Assembly: GCA_965238075.1 (NCBI GenBank)
Contig: OZ250173.1
Location: forward strand, 2,496,001 to 2,560,000
Origin: Candidatus Entotheonellaceae bacterium
Lineage (GTDB): Bacteria > Tectomicrobia > Entotheonellia > Entotheonellales > Entotheonellaceae
DNA length: 64,000 bases
Reading direction: 5' to 3'
Under the pieces are notes generated by a model. The model saw only the letters and a program-made list of their open reading frames with translations. It was not told the origin of the DNA and made no database searches. Both the position numbers and the translations under genes were made by a program. Each line of letters begins with the position of its first letter. Position 1 is the stretch's first letter. This document shows positions 19,972 through 31,638 of this stretch, piece by piece.

Positions 19972-20847
19972 CTACTCCGTAAGGGATGCCGTTTGCTGCT
20001 GACGCCATGCCGCAGGGCCGCCGAGATTCCAGGCATCGGTGTCGTACTTGGTGTGCCGCAATGCCTCGGCCAGACGGCGCTCGGCGGGTGACAGTTCTTC
20101 GGCCAATAACTCGGTGCCGCCGGTCAGACAGTCGGCAAAGCCTTGGCGCAGCGCCCGGTGCAGGGCCGCGGCATCGAGCGGCGTGGGTGCCACTTCGTTC
20201 ACTGCCACCATGCTTGCGTACGACTCGTGGAGCAGTTGCGAGCGCCGGTCGGCTGGCACACGCAAACACGCGAACAGGCGCTGCCGGTCCATGGACAGGG
20301 GAATCGAGCCGTGTTGCAGCAGGGAACGACGCCCGCGTTTCTGGGCGCTGCCGACGAGTTTCCTGCCGGTGGCGCTCAACTCGTAGCGCGACATGGCCGC
20401 GAAGCAGGCCGGGGACGCCGCCCGGGGCGCCGAGGCGAGGACGCTGGGGCGCTCAAGGCGCACCGCCAGCCCCGCGTGGCGCAAGGCTGCTGCCAGCGCG
20501 AGACCGATACGATGGTAGTGTTCCGTGATACTGCCTTCCCGGTCCGCCAGCCGCAGCGGCATCACGACGCTGTATGTCGCCTCCTGATCGTGCAGCACCG
20601 CGCGTCCGCCGGTGGGGCGCCGTACCAGCGTCACCCCGTGCTGCCGACAAGCCGCCGCGTCGACCTCTTTCTCCACGCTTTGGGCGTATCCCAGCGACAG
20701 CGTCGGCGAGGACCAAGTGTACGCCCGCAGCGTCGGCGGGCTCTGGCCGGCCTCGTGCGACAGCAGCAGGGCCTCATCTACCGCCATGTTGAAGGCGGCG
20801 TCGTTACAGCCGGTATCGAGGAAACGCCATGCCGTGGCCAAGGGCAT
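19972..20847 (-). CDS. Lipoate-protein ligase family protein (LipM-like octanoyltransferase)
   Basis: NMAVDEALL, RRPTGGRAVLH, KLVGSAQ and LQHGSI motifs. Adjacent to gcvH. Confidence 0.88.
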   Translation of the reverse strand: MPLATAWRFLDTGCNDAAFNMAVDEALLLSHEAGQSPPTLRAYTWSSPTLSLGYAQSVEKEVDAAACRQHGVTLVRRPTGGRAVLHDQEATYSVVMPLRLADREGSITEHYHRIGLALAAALRHAGLAVRLERPSVLASAPRAASPACFAAMSRYELSATGRKLVGSAQKRGRRSLLQHGSIPLSMDRQRLFACLRVPADRRSQLLHESYASMVAVNEVAPTPLDAAALHRALRQGFADCLTGGTELLAEELSPAERRLAEALRHTKYDTDAWNLGGPAAWRQQQTASLTE

Positions 20848-20851
20848 CTTC

Positions 20852-21229
20852 CTAGGTAATGGTTGCCTGGTAATCGTCGGCGCCCAGCAGTGCCTGCCAG
20901 TCGTCGGGATTGGACGTTTCGATGACGATCATCCATCCCTCCTCATACGGCTCGCGGTTGACCAGTTCCGGCGCGTCGTCCAGCCGCGCGTTCACCTCGG
21001 CGACCGTGCCGCTCACGGGTGCGAACAGATCCGAGACGGCCTTGACCGACTCCACGACCCCGAACGATTCCCCCGCCGTGACGCTGCGGCCGACCTGCGG
21101 CAACTCCAAAAACAGTACCTCGCCGAGTTCTTCCTGCGCGAAATCCGTGATCCCCACCGTTACCCGGTCGCCCTCGCGCCGTGCCCACGTGTGTTCGCTG
21201 CTGTAGCGCAAATCCTGCCGAAATTCCAT
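20852..21229 (-). CDS. gcvH: Glycine cleavage H protein
   Basis: YSSEHTW, GITDFAQEELG, lipoyl site ESVKA and PYEEGW. Confidence 0.95.
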   Translation of the reverse strand: MEFRQDLRYSSEHTWARREGDRVTVGITDFAQEELGEVLFLELPQVGRSVTAGESFGVVESVKAVSDLFAPVSGTVAEVNARLDDAPELVNREPYEEGWMIVIETSNPDDWQALLGADDYQATIT

Positions 21230-21379
21230 CCGACTGTCTCCCTTTCAGCATATGGCTATTGTACAAGATTCAATCGTGACGTGCGTGGGTATCACGGCGG
21301 CGCGACCTTTACGGGCCGGTGCGTTTGTTGTTACAGTCCTGGCACTTGCAAATGGGTCCCACCTCCTGACAGGTCAAGC

Positions 21380-22951
21380 ATGGCTCATCGCCCCACGCCC
21401 GAACCGCTTGCCAACGTCCCGTCCCGCTTTGCCGCCGCTGTATTGCTGGCCTCGCTCGCCGGCGTGCTGACCGTCTCGCCCATGTTGTACGAACCCTTGT
21501 GGCCGCTGGCCTGGATAGGCCTGCTGCCGCTGTTCGTGGCCCTGCGCGGCGGTTCCGCTGCAAGGGCGTTCGCGCTCGGTTGGTGGACGGAAACCCTGAT
21601 GTACGGGCTGGGGGCCTACTGGCTCGTCAACACCATGGTCGATTTCGGCCACATCCCGCTGCCGCTCAGCCTCCTGTTCTTCGTCATTGTCGCCACCGCC
21701 AATGGCGTGCGCATGGGGCTCTTTGCCTGGTGGGTGCGGCGCATGCAGACCAGCGAGAGTCCGTGGTGGTACCGCTTGATGCTACCCGCCTGCGCGTTCG
21801 TCGCCCTGGATTTCGCCTTTCCGCGCGTGTTTCCCTGGTACCTCGGCTTTCTGCAATACCCGGCCCTGCCGCTCATCCAAGTCGCTGACCTGACCGGCAT
21901 TCACGGCGTCACTTTTATTCTCGTGCTGTGCAGCGTTGGCGGCGCTGCATTCGTGTCGGCTCGGCAGTCACCGGCGGGCGCCGGGCGTTACCGGATGGCC
22001 GCGGCGGTGGGATGCGTGCTCTTGCTGCAAGTCGGCTACGGCCTGTGGCGCATGCCGCAGGTGGCGGAGGCGATGCAACAGGCCGAGAGCCTGCGGGTGG
22101 TGCTGGTGCAGCCGAACCTCGGTATTGACGAAAACCGGAACGGCCCCAAGCGCCGGGAACACCTGCGAATGCTGTCGGACCTGAGTGCGGCGACCCTGGC
22201 GCCAGAGCCGGATCTAATCATCTGGCCTGAGAGCGCCTACCCCTACGCGCTGGCGACTCAAGAGTCGTTCCTGTACCTGCCGAAGGGGCTAACGAACGAG
22301 GTGCCGTGGCTGATCGGCGGGATGGCCTACGAGGGTCAGGACGACGCGCGGCGGTTGTTCAATTCCACTTGGTTGGTGGCGCCCGGGCAGCGCATTGTCG
22401 GGCGCTACGACAAGCACGTCTTGCTTGCCTTTGGCGAATACGTGCCCATGCAGCGTTACCTGCCGATCCTCGGACGCATTTCCCCGGCAATCGGCAATTT
22501 CACCCCCGGCGAGGGGGCGCGCTTCCTGACCCTGCCGGACGGTGTATCCATCGGCCCCTTGATCTGTTACGAAGACATTATGCCGCTACCGGCCCGACTG
22601 GCGGCGCGCCAAGGGGCACGGGTGCTGGTGAACCTGACGAACGACATGTGGTTCGGGCCGACCCGCGCGCCATACCAGCATCGCAATGCGGCGGCTTTCC
22701 GGGCGGTGGAAAATCGGCGCTCTCTGGTGCGGGTGACTAATACCGGTGTGACGTCCATCATCGACGCCATGGGGCGCGAGCAGTCGGCACTGCCCATCTA
22801 CCAGCGCGGCACGCTGGTGGATGACGTGGCGGCTCTGCAGATACCCACCGTCTATCAGCGTTTCGGGGACTGGTTTGCCTGGCTTTGTTGTGCGGCGGCG
22901 GTTGGGTTGCCGGGATGGCAGTTCGTCCGGCGGGGTGCCGGGCGCTGTTAG
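21380..22951 (+). CDS. lnt: Apolipoprotein N-acyltransferase
   Basis: Multiple TMs plus nitrilase-fold motifs WPE, YDKHVLLAFGEY, ICYE, TND and NTG. Confidence 0.93.
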   Translation: MAHRPTPEPLANVPSRFAAAVLLASLAGVLTVSPMLYEPLWPLAWIGLLPLFVALRGGSAARAFALGWWTETLMYGLGAYWLVNTMVDFGHIPLPLSLLFFVIVATANGVRMGLFAWWVRRMQTSESPWWYRLMLPACAFVALDFAFPRVFPWYLGFLQYPALPLIQVADLTGIHGVTFILVLCSVGGAAFVSARQSPAGAGRYRMAAAVGCVLLLQVGYGLWRMPQVAEAMQQAESLRVVLVQPNLGIDENRNGPKRREHLRMLSDLSAATLAPEPDLIIWPESAYPYALATQESFLYLPKGLTNEVPWLIGGMAYEGQDDARRLFNSTWLVAPGQRIVGRYDKHVLLAFGEYVPMQRYLPILGRISPAIGNFTPGEGARFLTLPDGVSIGPLICYEDIMPLPARLAARQGARVLVNLTNDMWFGPTRAPYQHRNAAAFRAVENRRSLVRVTNTGVTSIIDAMGREQSALPIYQRGTLVDDVAALQIPTVYQRFGDWFAWLCCAAAVGLPGWQFVRRGAGRC

Positions 22952-22991
22952 GGGAGAAGAGCAGGCCGGGCACCTGCTCTTCCACAGGGGG

Positions 22992-23279
22992 TCATTCGGG
23001 GCGTATTTCGTCAACCTTGGCTCGGGTGGCGTCTTTATCCTTGAACCAATCGGCGTTTATGGGTGTGTAGTCCTTCCACTCGTCCGGCACGTCCTCTTCC
23101 GTGAAAATGGCCTCTACCGGGCACTCGGGTTCGCAAGCACCGCAGTCAATGCACTCGTCCGGATCAATGTACAGCATGCGGTCTTTGCCTTCCTCGAAAT
23201 GAATGCAGTCCACGGGACAGACATCCACGCAGGATTGATCCATGACGTCGATGCACGGGTCGGCGATTATATAAGTCAT
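22992..23279 (-). CDS. 7Fe-type (3Fe-4S/4Fe-4S) ferredoxin
   Basis: [17 protein letters not shown] and [12 protein letters not shown] motifs. Confidence 0.93.
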   Translation of the reverse strand: MTYIIADPCIDVMDQSCVDVCPVDCIHFEEGKDRMLYIDPDECIDCGACEPECPVEAIFTEEDVPDEWKDYTPINADWFKDKDATRAKVDEIRPE

Positions 23280-23455
23280 TTCCTCACATCCTCCATTTCC
23301 GACGATGAAGCGTTGGAGACGCGCGGGTGTTCTCGCTGTGCGTCAACTACGGCTGCTTATGGTTGCATAAAGATACCTTAACCATACAAATTCTGGCAAG
23401 GCTGACACCGAGCGAGAGCAGGCCGCTGCCTTTCCTTGACGGGAGGCCGCTCTAC

Positions 23456-23753
23456 TCAGGCTGTCCCCTTGCCGCCGGTCCTCTCGATGAGAGCCGACAA
23501 TGCCGCCATCGCCTCGGCGTGCCGCCTGTCATCCTGCCGGCGCTGCTCGTCCATCCGCTGTATGGTCTCCGTATGACGGTCTGCACTTTCTTTGAGTTGA
23601 AGGTCAATTTGCCGGTCTCTTGCCGCCGCCGCCTTCCACATCTGCCGCAGGCCAACTGCAATCAAGGCACTGCGCCAAGCCAACACCAGCGCTCATCAGC
23701 AATTGCAGAAACGGTAGAGATTCCGTCTGGGTCAACGATGGTAGGCCGATCAT
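23456..23753 (-). pseudogene. Small membrane-anchored coiled-coil protein with a probable frameshift
   Basis: MIGLP...LQLLMSAGVGLAQC continues as LIAVGLRQM...LIERTGG in another frame. The hydrophobic helix is broken near 23665-23670. Confidence 0.5.
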
Positions 23754-23815
23754 GTGTTCTTTCCCGTTATTGAGAGCCGTCTGATTTATAGCCACGCCTC
23801 AATTGAATCGGCGAC

Positions 23816-23844
23816 ACACTAGGGTAGGCGGTGGATTGAGTCAA
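23816..23844 (-). promoter_or_regulatory. Candidate sigma70 promoter for the small gene/ferredoxin
   Basis: TTGACT-N17-TAGTGT on the minus strand. Confidence 0.45.
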
Positions 23845-23851
23845 GCCACAC

Positions 23852-23973
23852 TCCCTGGCCTGATCTTGCCGGAGTTGGCGTGACAACAGGCTGAAAACAC
23901 GGGTACCTTGAGGGGTCCCGGAAAGTATATTAGACTCCCCCCTGTGGCTCACCGAAGGACGAGAAAGGCAGGA
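23852..23973 (+). ncRNA. Candidate structured RNA (long interrupted stem-loop, class unknown)
   Basis: Nested pairings by eye: CCTG/CAGG, TCTTG/CGAGA, GTGA/TCAC, ACAGG/CCTGT, CTGA/TTAG and CGGG..ACC/GGT..CCCG. G-U wobbles favour the + strand. Confidence 0.35.
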
Positions 23974-24017
23974 CGTTCTACCGCCCGATTGCATGTCGCA
24001 GCATAAGGAAATGGATC

Positions 24018-24428
24018 ATGTATAGACAAGTATTGGCGTGGTTGTGTGCGCTGCTGCTTGCCACCGCGGCAGGAGCGTGTTCTAAGGGTGAGAGCGATGC
24101 GCCCGGGACGTTGCTGCAGGAACTCACGGCGCGCATGGCGTCTGAGACGCCGCCAGTGGTTCTGGACGTGCGGACACCGCAGGAGTACGAAGCAGGGCAC
24201 GTGCCCGGCGCCATCAACATGCCGCACAAGGCGCTGGCCGGCCGGCTGTCGGAAGTGCTCAGCTTCCGCGACCGGGAGGTGGTGCTGTATTGCGAACGCG
24301 GCAAACGTTCGGAGATGGCGCGAGCGGTGCTTCTTGAGGCGGGCTTTACATCGACTCAGCTCCTGCAGGGGCACATGGTCGAATGGCGCCGTCAGCGGCT
24401 GCCCGAAAACAGAGGTATCGACCCATAA
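24018..24428 (+). CDS. Rhodanese-domain lipoprotein
   Basis: Lipobox AGAC, LDVRTPQEYEAGHVPGA and active-site loop YCERGKRS. Confidence 0.88.
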   Translation: MYRQVLAWLCALLLATAAGACSKGESDAPGTLLQELTARMASETPPVVLDVRTPQEYEAGHVPGAINMPHKALAGRLSEVLSFRDREVVLYCERGKRSEMARAVLLEAGFTSTQLLQGHMVEWRRQRLPENRGIDP

Positions 24429-24446
24429 ACCCGCAGGGGACACGGT

Positions 24447-25262
24447 GTGATGGATACGAACGGATTGGCGCAAAACGTGATCGCCGTAGCCAGCGGCAAG
24501 GGCGGCGTGGGCAAGTCGACTGTCGCCGTCAACTTGGCGGTGAGTCTCGCCGCCGAGGGGGCCGAGGTCGGGTTGCTGGATGCCGACATTCACGGCCCCA
24601 ACATCCCGATCATGATGGGCATCCGCGAGCAACCCCGTCTGGATCAGGACCGCAAGCTGGTGCCGCTGGAGCGGCATGGGGTCAAGCTGATGTCGGTAGG
24701 CTTTATGGGTGGGAGTTCCAAGCCGGTGATCTGGCGTGGCCCGCTGGTCGGTCGCATGATCAAGCAATTCCTGTACAACGTCGACTGGGGAGAACTGGAC
24801 TACCTGCTCATCGACCTGCCTCCCGGCACCGGCGATGCGCAACTGACGCTGACCCAGTCGGTCGCCCTCACCGGCGGCATCATCGTCTCGACGCCGCAAG
24901 ACGTGGCGTTGCAGGATGCCTTGCGGGGCATGGACATGTTTCTGAAGGTCGAGGTGCCGATCCTCGGGCTCGTCGAAAACATGAGCTACTTTCTGTGCCC
25001 GCATTGCCACGAGCGCAGCGACATTTTTTCCCACGGCGGCACGCGAGCGGCCGCCGAAACCCGTCAGGTGCCCTTCCTCGGCGCTCTGCCGTTGGACACC
25101 AAGATCCGTCAAGGCGGCGATGTCGGTGTTCCGATCGTGGTGTCGGAAGCGGGTTCCAGCCATGCCGACTGCTTCCGCGCCATGTGCCGGGAACTGCAAG
25201 CCAGCATCGAAAAGAGCCGCGGCAAGCAGCCCATCCGTGCCCTTCAAATCGACCAGAGTTAA
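24447..25262 (+). CDS. mrp: Mrp/ApbC Fe-S cluster carrier ATPase
   Basis: SGKGGVGKST, DADIHGP, WRGP, DLPPGTGD and ENMS..CPHC motifs. Confidence 0.93.
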   Translation: MMDTNGLAQNVIAVASGKGGVGKSTVAVNLAVSLAAEGAEVGLLDADIHGPNIPIMMGIREQPRLDQDRKLVPLERHGVKLMSVGFMGGSSKPVIWRGPLVGRMIKQFLYNVDWGELDYLLIDLPPGTGDAQLTLTQSVALTGGIIVSTPQDVALQDALRGMDMFLKVEVPILGLVENMSYFLCPHCHERSDIFSHGGTRAAAETRQVPFLGALPLDTKIRQGGDVGVPIVVSEAGSSHADCFRAMCRELQASIEKSRGKQPIRALQIDQS

Positions 25263-25274
25263 CGGTTGGCCGGA

Positions 25275-27089
25275 CTAATCCCGCTGCCCGGCGGTGGACA
25301 AACGCCGGTCCAGGTCGTAGGCGGCGCTGATCAGCGCCAAGTGTGTGAACGCTTGCGGAAAGTTCCCCAAATGCTCGCCGTGCGGGCCAAGCTCCTCGGC
25401 GAACAGGCCGAGGTGGTTGGCGTAGCCCAGCGCCTTTTCGAACAGAAACCGCGCCCCTTGCAGATCGCCGCTGCGCGCCACGCATTCCACGAACCAGAAG
25501 GTGCAAATACAGAACGTTCCCTCGCCGCCCGCCAGCCCGTCGGATACCTCTTCCGTGCGGTATCGGTACACCAGTGAATCGTCCACCAAATCTTCGTGAA
25601 TGGCCTTCAGGGTAGAAATCCAGCGCGGGTCCTTGGGGCCGATGAACTTCACCAATGGCATGATCAGCGCCGAGGCGTCCATGGCCGTCGTGTCCGCGTG
25701 TTGCACAAAGGCTCGCCGGGGCTCGTTCCAGAATTTGGTGAACACCTCCCTGTAGATATCGGTGCGCACCCGGTGCCAGCGGTCCAGCGGCGCCGGCAGC
25801 GACCGCTTGTGGGCCAGCCGGAAGGCGCGGTCAATGGCCACCCAAGACATGATGCGAGAATACAGGAAGGCATGCTGCCCGCCGCGCACCTCCCAGATCC
25901 CCTCGTCCTTGCGTTGCCAGTTGGCGCAGACCCAGTCGACCAGGCGCGTCAGGTTCTCCCACAGGTCGTACGATATGGGATCGCCGTACTTGTCGTAGAG
26001 ATACACCGAATCCATCAGTTCGCCATATATGTCGAGTTGCAACTGATCGTACGCGCCGTTACCGATACGCACCGGTGACGATTTGAGATATCCCTCCAGG
26101 TGCGGCAGGTGCTCCTCCGTCAGGTGATGGCGGCCGTCGATGCCGTACATGATCTGAAGTGAGCCGTCGTCGTTCGGCTCCGCGCAACGCGCCTCGATCC
26201 ACTTCATGAACTCCCCCGCTTCTTGCGTGTACCCAAGGCGTATGAGACCATACAGCGTGAAGGAAGCATCGCGGATCCAGGTGTAGCGATAGTCCCAGTT
26301 GCGCTCGCCGCCCACCTCCTCGGGCAGGCCAAAAGTCGCCGCCGCCACTACCGAGCCGTGCAGGCGGGAAGTAAGCAGTTTCAACGTCAGGGCCGAGCGA
26401 TTCACCACTTCCCGCCAGCGCCCGCGATAGGTCGAGCGCGCCACCCACCGGTGCCAAAAATTAACCGTCTCTTTGAACGAACGCGACACATAACTCGGCG
26501 ACGACAGGGAGGGCTCACCGGGAATCGCCTGCTCCAGAACGAACGACGCCGACTCGTTGCTCCGCAGGGTGAATTCGGCAATGGCGGCGCCGTTCTCGAT
26601 GCGCACCGGAATCTCCGTGCACAGACGCAGGGCGGTTTTGTCCGGCCCATCCGAAACGAACAGCACCCCGTCAAACGTTTCCGTGACCTTGTGGGTCGCG
26701 CGTCCGTAGTCGAAGCGGGGCTCGCAAATCATGCGGAAGGTGATCTCGCCGCGCACGGTCTTGACCCGGCGCACCAGGTTGTGGGCGTGCCCGTGGCCAT
26801 CTTCCTCCAGGGGCATCAAATCCGACACTTCAGCCACCCCTTCGTTGGACAGAAAACGGGTCAACAGAACATTCGTATCGGGCAGGTAGAGTTGCTTGTG
26901 GCTTGAGGCAGCAAATATCGGGGCGATCTGGAACCGGCCGCCTTTTTTTTCGTCAAGCAAGGCCGCAAAAACCGTCGGCGAGTCAAAGTGCGGGAACGAC
27001 ATGAAATCGATCGATCCATTCATCCCGACGAGCGCCACGGTATGAAGGTCTCCGATCACGCCATAATTCTCAATCGGCTGGTACGGCAT
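25275..27089 (-). CDS. Glycoside hydrolase family 15 (trehalase/glucoamylase-like)
   Basis: PIENYGVIGD, LPEEVGGERNWDYRYTWIRD, QLDIYGE and LGNFPQAFTH motifs. Confidence 0.93.
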   Translation of the reverse strand: MPYQPIENYGVIGDLHTVALVGMNGSIDFMSFPHFDSPTVFAALLDEKKGGRFQIAPIFAASSHKQLYLPDTNVLLTRFLSNEGVAEVSDLMPLEEDGHGHAHNLVRRVKTVRGEITFRMICEPRFDYGRATHKVTETFDGVLFVSDGPDKTALRLCTEIPVRIENGAAIAEFTLRSNESASFVLEQAIPGEPSLSSPSYVSRSFKETVNFWHRWVARSTYRGRWREVVNRSALTLKLLTSRLHGSVVAAATFGLPEEVGGERNWDYRYTWIRDASFTLYGLIRLGYTQEAGEFMKWIEARCAEPNDDGSLQIMYGIDGRHHLTEEHLPHLEGYLKSSPVRIGNGAYDQLQLDIYGELMDSVYLYDKYGDPISYDLWENLTRLVDWVCANWQRKDEGIWEVRGGQHAFLYSRIMSWVAIDRAFRLAHKRSLPAPLDRWHRVRTDIYREVFTKFWNEPRRAFVQHADTTAMDASALIMPLVKFIGPKDPRWISTLKAIHEDLVDDSLVYRYRTEEVSDGLAGGEGTFCICTFWFVECVARSGDLQGARFLFEKALGYANHLGLFAEELGPHGEHLGNFPQAFTHLALISAAYDLDRRLSTAGQRD

Positions 27090-27197
27090 GACGACTCTCC
27101 TTGCACAGCACGTTGAAAGAGGGACTCCCTCCCCCCACGACACGATTGCCGTTTACCCAAGAGGCCCGCAATTATACAGGAAGCGGGGGCGAACACG

Positions 27198-29012
<1,815 letters not shown>

Positions 29013-29083
29013 CATGCCCGCCCCGCAACCCCACCTGATAGCCCCGTTACGAATATCCGTCACACGAAACTAAGGAGAAGACC

Positions 29084-29893
29084 GTGGGAGTTCTGGATGG
29101 CAAAGTGGCCATTGTCACCGGCGCCGGACGCTTGCGCGGCATCGGCCGGGCGACGGCCGTGGCGCTGGCGGAAATGGGCGCCGATGTGGCCGTGACCGGC
29201 ACCGGACGGCATCCCGACACCTTTCCCGATGACGAGAAGGCGGTGAATTGGCGCGACGTGCACAGCACGGTGGAACAAATCGCCGCAGCCGGTGGCCGCG
29301 GCCTGGCGCTGATCGGTGACATCAGCAATTCCGATGACGTGCAAGGCTTTGTGCGTCAAACGCGCGAGGCATGGGGCCGGGTAGACATTGTGATCAATAA
29401 CGCCGCGGTGGCGCGGGGTGAAGACCGCGTGCCGGTGGTGGAACTCAGCGAGGAGTTGTTCCGGCGCGTTTTGGAGGTCAAGGTGGTCGGGTCGTTCCTG
29501 CTGTGCAAGGCCGTCATCCCGGTGCTGCTGGAGCAGAACGAGGGCGGCCGCATCATCAACATTTCGTCGGTGGCGGGCAAGCGCGGTTCGGCCAACACGT
29601 CGGCGTATTGCGCGTCCAATTTCGCGTTGCAGGGGTTCACGCAGTCGCTGGCGCAGGAACTGGCGCCGCACCGCATCAGCGTCAACGCCGTTTGCCCGGG
29701 AATCATCGACACGGCCCGCATGGACGTTCTGGGACGCGGCGAAACGTGGCAGCGCAACGTCGATACCGTGCCCATGCAGCGCGCCGCCAGCGACGAAGAG
29801 GTAGCCGGGCTGATCGCCTACCTGTGCACGCCGATTGCCGCATACATCACCGGGCAGTCCATCAACATCGACGGCGGCCGGGTCATGTGGTAA
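29084..29893 (+). CDS. Short-chain dehydrogenase/reductase
   Basis: TGAGRLRGIG, NNAA, YCASN (Lys of YxxxK replaced by Asn) and ITGQSINIDGG. Confidence 0.9.
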   Translation: MGVLDGKVAIVTGAGRLRGIGRATAVALAEMGADVAVTGTGRHPDTFPDDEKAVNWRDVHSTVEQIAAAGGRGLALIGDISNSDDVQGFVRQTREAWGRVDIVINNAAVARGEDRVPVVELSEELFRRVLEVKVVGSFLLCKAVIPVLLEQNEGGRIINISSVAGKRGSANTSAYCASNFALQGFTQSLAQELAPHRISVNAVCPGIIDTARMDVLGRGETWQRNVDTVPMQRAASDEEVAGLIAYLCTPIAAYITGQSINIDGGRVMW

Positions 29894-31489
29894 TCAGGCG
29901 CTCCCTCTGTAACGCCGCAGAAACCACATGAGCGGCATGACGGCCAGGCAGATCATGGCCAGCACCAGAAAACAGTCCTGATACGCCGCCACCATGCCCT
30001 GCTGCGCCAAATGGCGGCCCAACAGGGCCCATGCCTTCATATCCGCCATGGCGCCCACCTCGCCCGCGCGGCCCATCAGGTCCCAGGCGGGCGTCAGCAC
30101 GTCGTGCCAGGCGAGCGACGAAGACACCTGCTGCTGGTCCAGGGCTATCGTGTGATACGCCGAGCGGCGTTGCAGAACGGTGGTCATCAGCGCTACGCCG
30201 AGGGTGCCGCCGACGCCGTGCTGGATGAGCGTCAGGATGCCCGACCCCATGCGTACCTTTTCGGGCGGCAGCAGCACCAGGGAGGCGGCGTTCATCGGCG
30301 TGAACACGAAACCGATGGTGATGTAGCGCACCATGATCATCCACGTCACCCAGCTAACCGGCTGGTCCAGGGTCAGGAAGGAAAAGCTGTACGAGGCGAG
30401 GGCGAACAGGGCCAGGCCGGTCCAGATGATGTAGCGCCGGTCGAGCTTATCGGCCAGCCGACCGGCCAGCAGCGTGCTGATACCCATGCTCAGGGCGCCG
30501 GGCAGTTGGACGAGGCCGGCCTGCGCCGGTGTGTAGCCCATGAGGCGCTGCAGCAGGATGGTCTGCAGGAAACCGGTGCCCCAGAAGGCCATGGCGACAC
30601 CGAGACCCGCCAGCGAGATGGCGGCGAAGGCCGGGTCTCGGTACAGGCTCACTTCCACCAGCGGCTCCTGTTTCCACAGTTCCAGAATGACGAAGGCCAC
30701 GAAAGCCAGCCCGCCGATGACGAACAGGCGCTGAATGATCGGGGCGTCCCAGCCGAGCCGTTGGCCCTGACTGAAGGCGCTCAGCAGGCAGACCAGAAAC
30801 ACCGCCAGACTCACCAGGCCCGCCAGATCGAAGGAGCGCTTGACTGTTTCACGAGTGTTCGGCAGCACCAGCATGACCAGCAGCATACCGAGGATCCCCG
30901 GTACTATGTTGAACGAGAACACCATGCGCCAGCTCAGATACTCGGTCACGTAGCCGCCCAGCACCGGCCCGAAGGCGGGGCCGAACGACACCCCCAGGCC
31001 GTACAGCCCCATGGCCAGGCCGCGCTGCCGGGGCGGAAAGCTGCTGTGCAGGATCACCAGCGCCATGGGCATGATGGGGCCGCTGCCGATGCCTTGCAGC
31101 ACCCGGAACAGAATCAGCGAGGTGCTGCTCCAGGCGAAGCTGCACAGGGCTGAGCCGCTGACGAACACCAGCAGACTGATCAGGAAGACGTTGCGATTGC
31201 CCAGCCGGTTGCCCAGCCAGCCGACGGTGGGAATGAGCACGGCGCCGGCGATCATGTAGGCGGTGACGATCCACTGCGCCTGATCAAGGTTGAGGCCGAA
31301 CGCCGTCATGATGGGCGGCAGCGCGACGCTGACCGTGGCACTGCTCATGACCACGATGAAGGCGCACAGCATGACCGTGAGCGCCACCCACCACTTGTAG
31401 GATGGCCGCTCGGGGGCGATGGTGAACAGGCGGCGCCAAGCACCCTCAGAACGCTCGCGCATTGGCTCCACGCGCTGCGGAGATGCCAT
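29894..31489 (-). CDS. DHA2 (EmrB/QacA) MFS efflux transporter
   Basis: About 14 TMs, WIVTAY, RVLQGIG and GPAFGPVLGG motifs. Confidence 0.9.
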   Translation of the reverse strand: MASPQRVEPMRERSEGAWRRLFTIAPERPSYKWWVALTVMLCAFIVVMSSATVSVALPPIMTAFGLNLDQAQWIVTAYMIAGAVLIPTVGWLGNRLGNRNVFLISLLVFVSGSALCSFAWSSTSLILFRVLQGIGSGPIMPMALVILHSSFPPRQRGLAMGLYGLGVSFGPAFGPVLGGYVTEYLSWRMVFSFNIVPGILGMLLVMLVLPNTRETVKRSFDLAGLVSLAVFLVCLLSAFSQGQRLGWDAPIIQRLFVIGGLAFVAFVILELWKQEPLVEVSLYRDPAFAAISLAGLGVAMAFWGTGFLQTILLQRLMGYTPAQAGLVQLPGALSMGISTLLAGRLADKLDRRYIIWTGLALFALASYSFSFLTLDQPVSWVTWMIMVRYITIGFVFTPMNAASLVLLPPEKVRMGSGILTLIQHGVGGTLGVALMTTVLQRRSAYHTIALDQQQVSSSLAWHDVLTPAWDLMGRAGEVGAMADMKAWALLGRHLAQQGMVAAYQDCFLVLAMICLAVMPLMWFLRRYRGSA

Positions 31490-31638
31490 TTGGCTCCCTA
31501 ACCTTTGGTGAGGTGAGACGATGCGTTGGAGAAGTGCTATAAGGAATAGCCCGCTTCGGGGAACACAGGCAGATTACACCGCAGCAGGAAGCGATGCAAA
31601 ACGGGCGTCAGCATGACGCACACGCAAAGGAGGCAGGC

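Noticed and set aside
17520-19982. 820-aa plus-strand ORF
   Set aside because: Antisense shadow of the acyl-CoA ligase and yvcK genes, as expected in high-GC DNA. No recognisable motifs.
20612-21379. N-terminal extension of the 779-aa lnt ORF
   Set aside because: Antisense to gcvH and the lipoyl ligase, so not a real fusion.
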